From a virus, in the IMG/VR virus record IMGVR_UViG_3300045988_000272, positions 1 to 5,635 of that record: DNA of 5,635 nucleotides. One strand, given 5' to 3'. Both the position numbers and the translations under genes were made by a program. A model generated the notes under the pieces. The model saw only the letters and a list, made by a program, of their open reading frames with translations, was not told the origin of the DNA and made no database searches. Shown one piece after another: positions 5,261 through 5,635 of this stretch; within the stretch, counting starts at the first letter, position 1, and the number at the start of each line of letters is the position of its first letter.

Positions 5261-5635
5261 ATGGGATGCAATAAACCGTTAATCCGGTTTTATGTACCTC
5301 ACGACAGAGAGGCGAGTGGGCGAGTGTACTCACTCGCCTCTTTCAACGAGATACACAAGACCAAAATGACGTACGAAAATTTAATGTACCGCAAAGATGT
5401 AATGTTGATACCATGCGGGCAATGTACCGGGTGCAGACTGCGCAAACGGAAAGATTGGAGCACACGAATGGAGCTAGAAGCATATGGTCATGACAAAGAA
5501 AGCATCTGGTTTATAACACTGACTTATGACGATGACCACGTACCAACACAGGACACGGAAACAGGCGAAATCTATAAAGGCGGCATAAACATCTGGAAAG
5601 GCGTCTCAGAGCGTCCAAGAACAGCGCAAACTCTA
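5261..5635 (+). CDS. Replication initiation protein (VP4 / Rep), 5' portion. Joined with 1-744 it gives a 339-aa protein.
   Basis: ATG at 5261 directly follows the VP2 stop (TAAATG), with a GAGAGG SD at 5248-5253. The N-terminus has the microvirus Rep Cys cluster PCGQCTGCRLRKRKDW and RCR motif I WFITLTYDD at ~5509-5535. An alternative in-frame start at ATG 5366 (MTYENL...) cannot be excluded. Confidence 0.88.
   Translation, partial: MGCNKPLIRFYVPHDREASGRVYSLASFNEIHKTKMTYENLMYRKDVMLIPCGQCTGCRLRKRKDWSTRMELEAYGHDKESIWFITLTYDDDHVPTQDTETGEIYKGGINIWKGVSERPRTAQTL
5308..5341. other. Strong hairpin inside the 5' part of rep: 11-bp perfect inverted repeat AGAGGCGAGTG / CACTCGCCTCT. A tandem copy of GGCGAGTG in the loop allows an alternative 8-bp stem with a TACT loop.
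   Basis: Left arm 5308-5318 and right arm 5331-5341. GGCGAGTG is duplicated at 5311-5318 and 5319-5326. Confidence 0.6.
5537..5635. repeat. Terminal redundancy: 99-nt exact direct repeat of nt 1-99 (signature of a circular genome or circular assembly; unit length 5536 nt).
   Basis: Nt 1-99 and 5537-5635 are identical base for base, and the Rep reading frame is preserved across the junction. Confidence 0.95.

Noticed and set aside
5271-5286. Small hairpin AACCG-ttaatc-CGGTT right after the rep start codon.
   Set aside because: It is only a 5-bp stem with mixed GC, within chance expectation. It is noted only as a possible minor translational modulator.

Overview
The window is one complete, circularly permuted genome of a small ssDNA phage of the family Microviridae (gokushovirus-like). 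Nt 1-99 are identical to nt 5537-5635, so the unit length is 5536 nt and the contig was linearised inside the replication-initiator gene. All convincing genes are on the + strand and are tightly packed, with GTGA and TAAATG start/stop overlaps. They are: major capsid protein VP1 (2630-4336), pilot/minor capsid protein VP2 (4382-5260), and rolling-circle Rep VP4 (5261 through the wrap to 744, 339 aa when joined, with motifs FITLTY / PHYHMILYGW / YVAGYVTKK). A promoter-driven cluster of small ORFs follows (1242-1421, a possible CTG-initiated 34-codon ORF at 1495-1599, and 1604-1825). After it come a 39-aa highly basic J/ORF8-like DNA-binding protein (1809-1928), an 80-aa ORF (1925-2167) and a 162-aa acidic VP3-like protein (2145-2633). 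The one long noncoding stretch (745-1187) is unusually rich in structure. It holds a terminator, two alternating purine/pyrimidine GC tracts, an (ATT)n/TAG microsatellite, about 8 copies of a TGTTGAAA iteron including three perfect tandem 9-mers, a perfect DnaA box inside a duplicated ~33-nt unit, a perfect 8-bp hairpin, a nested GC-rich hairpin, and a consensus -35/extended -10 promoter. I propose this region as the origin/control region. No CRISPR, tRNA, rRNA or mobile element is present. No lysis gene is identifiable. Strong Shine-Dalgarno sites suggest a host that uses canonical SD sequences (not Bacteroidetes).
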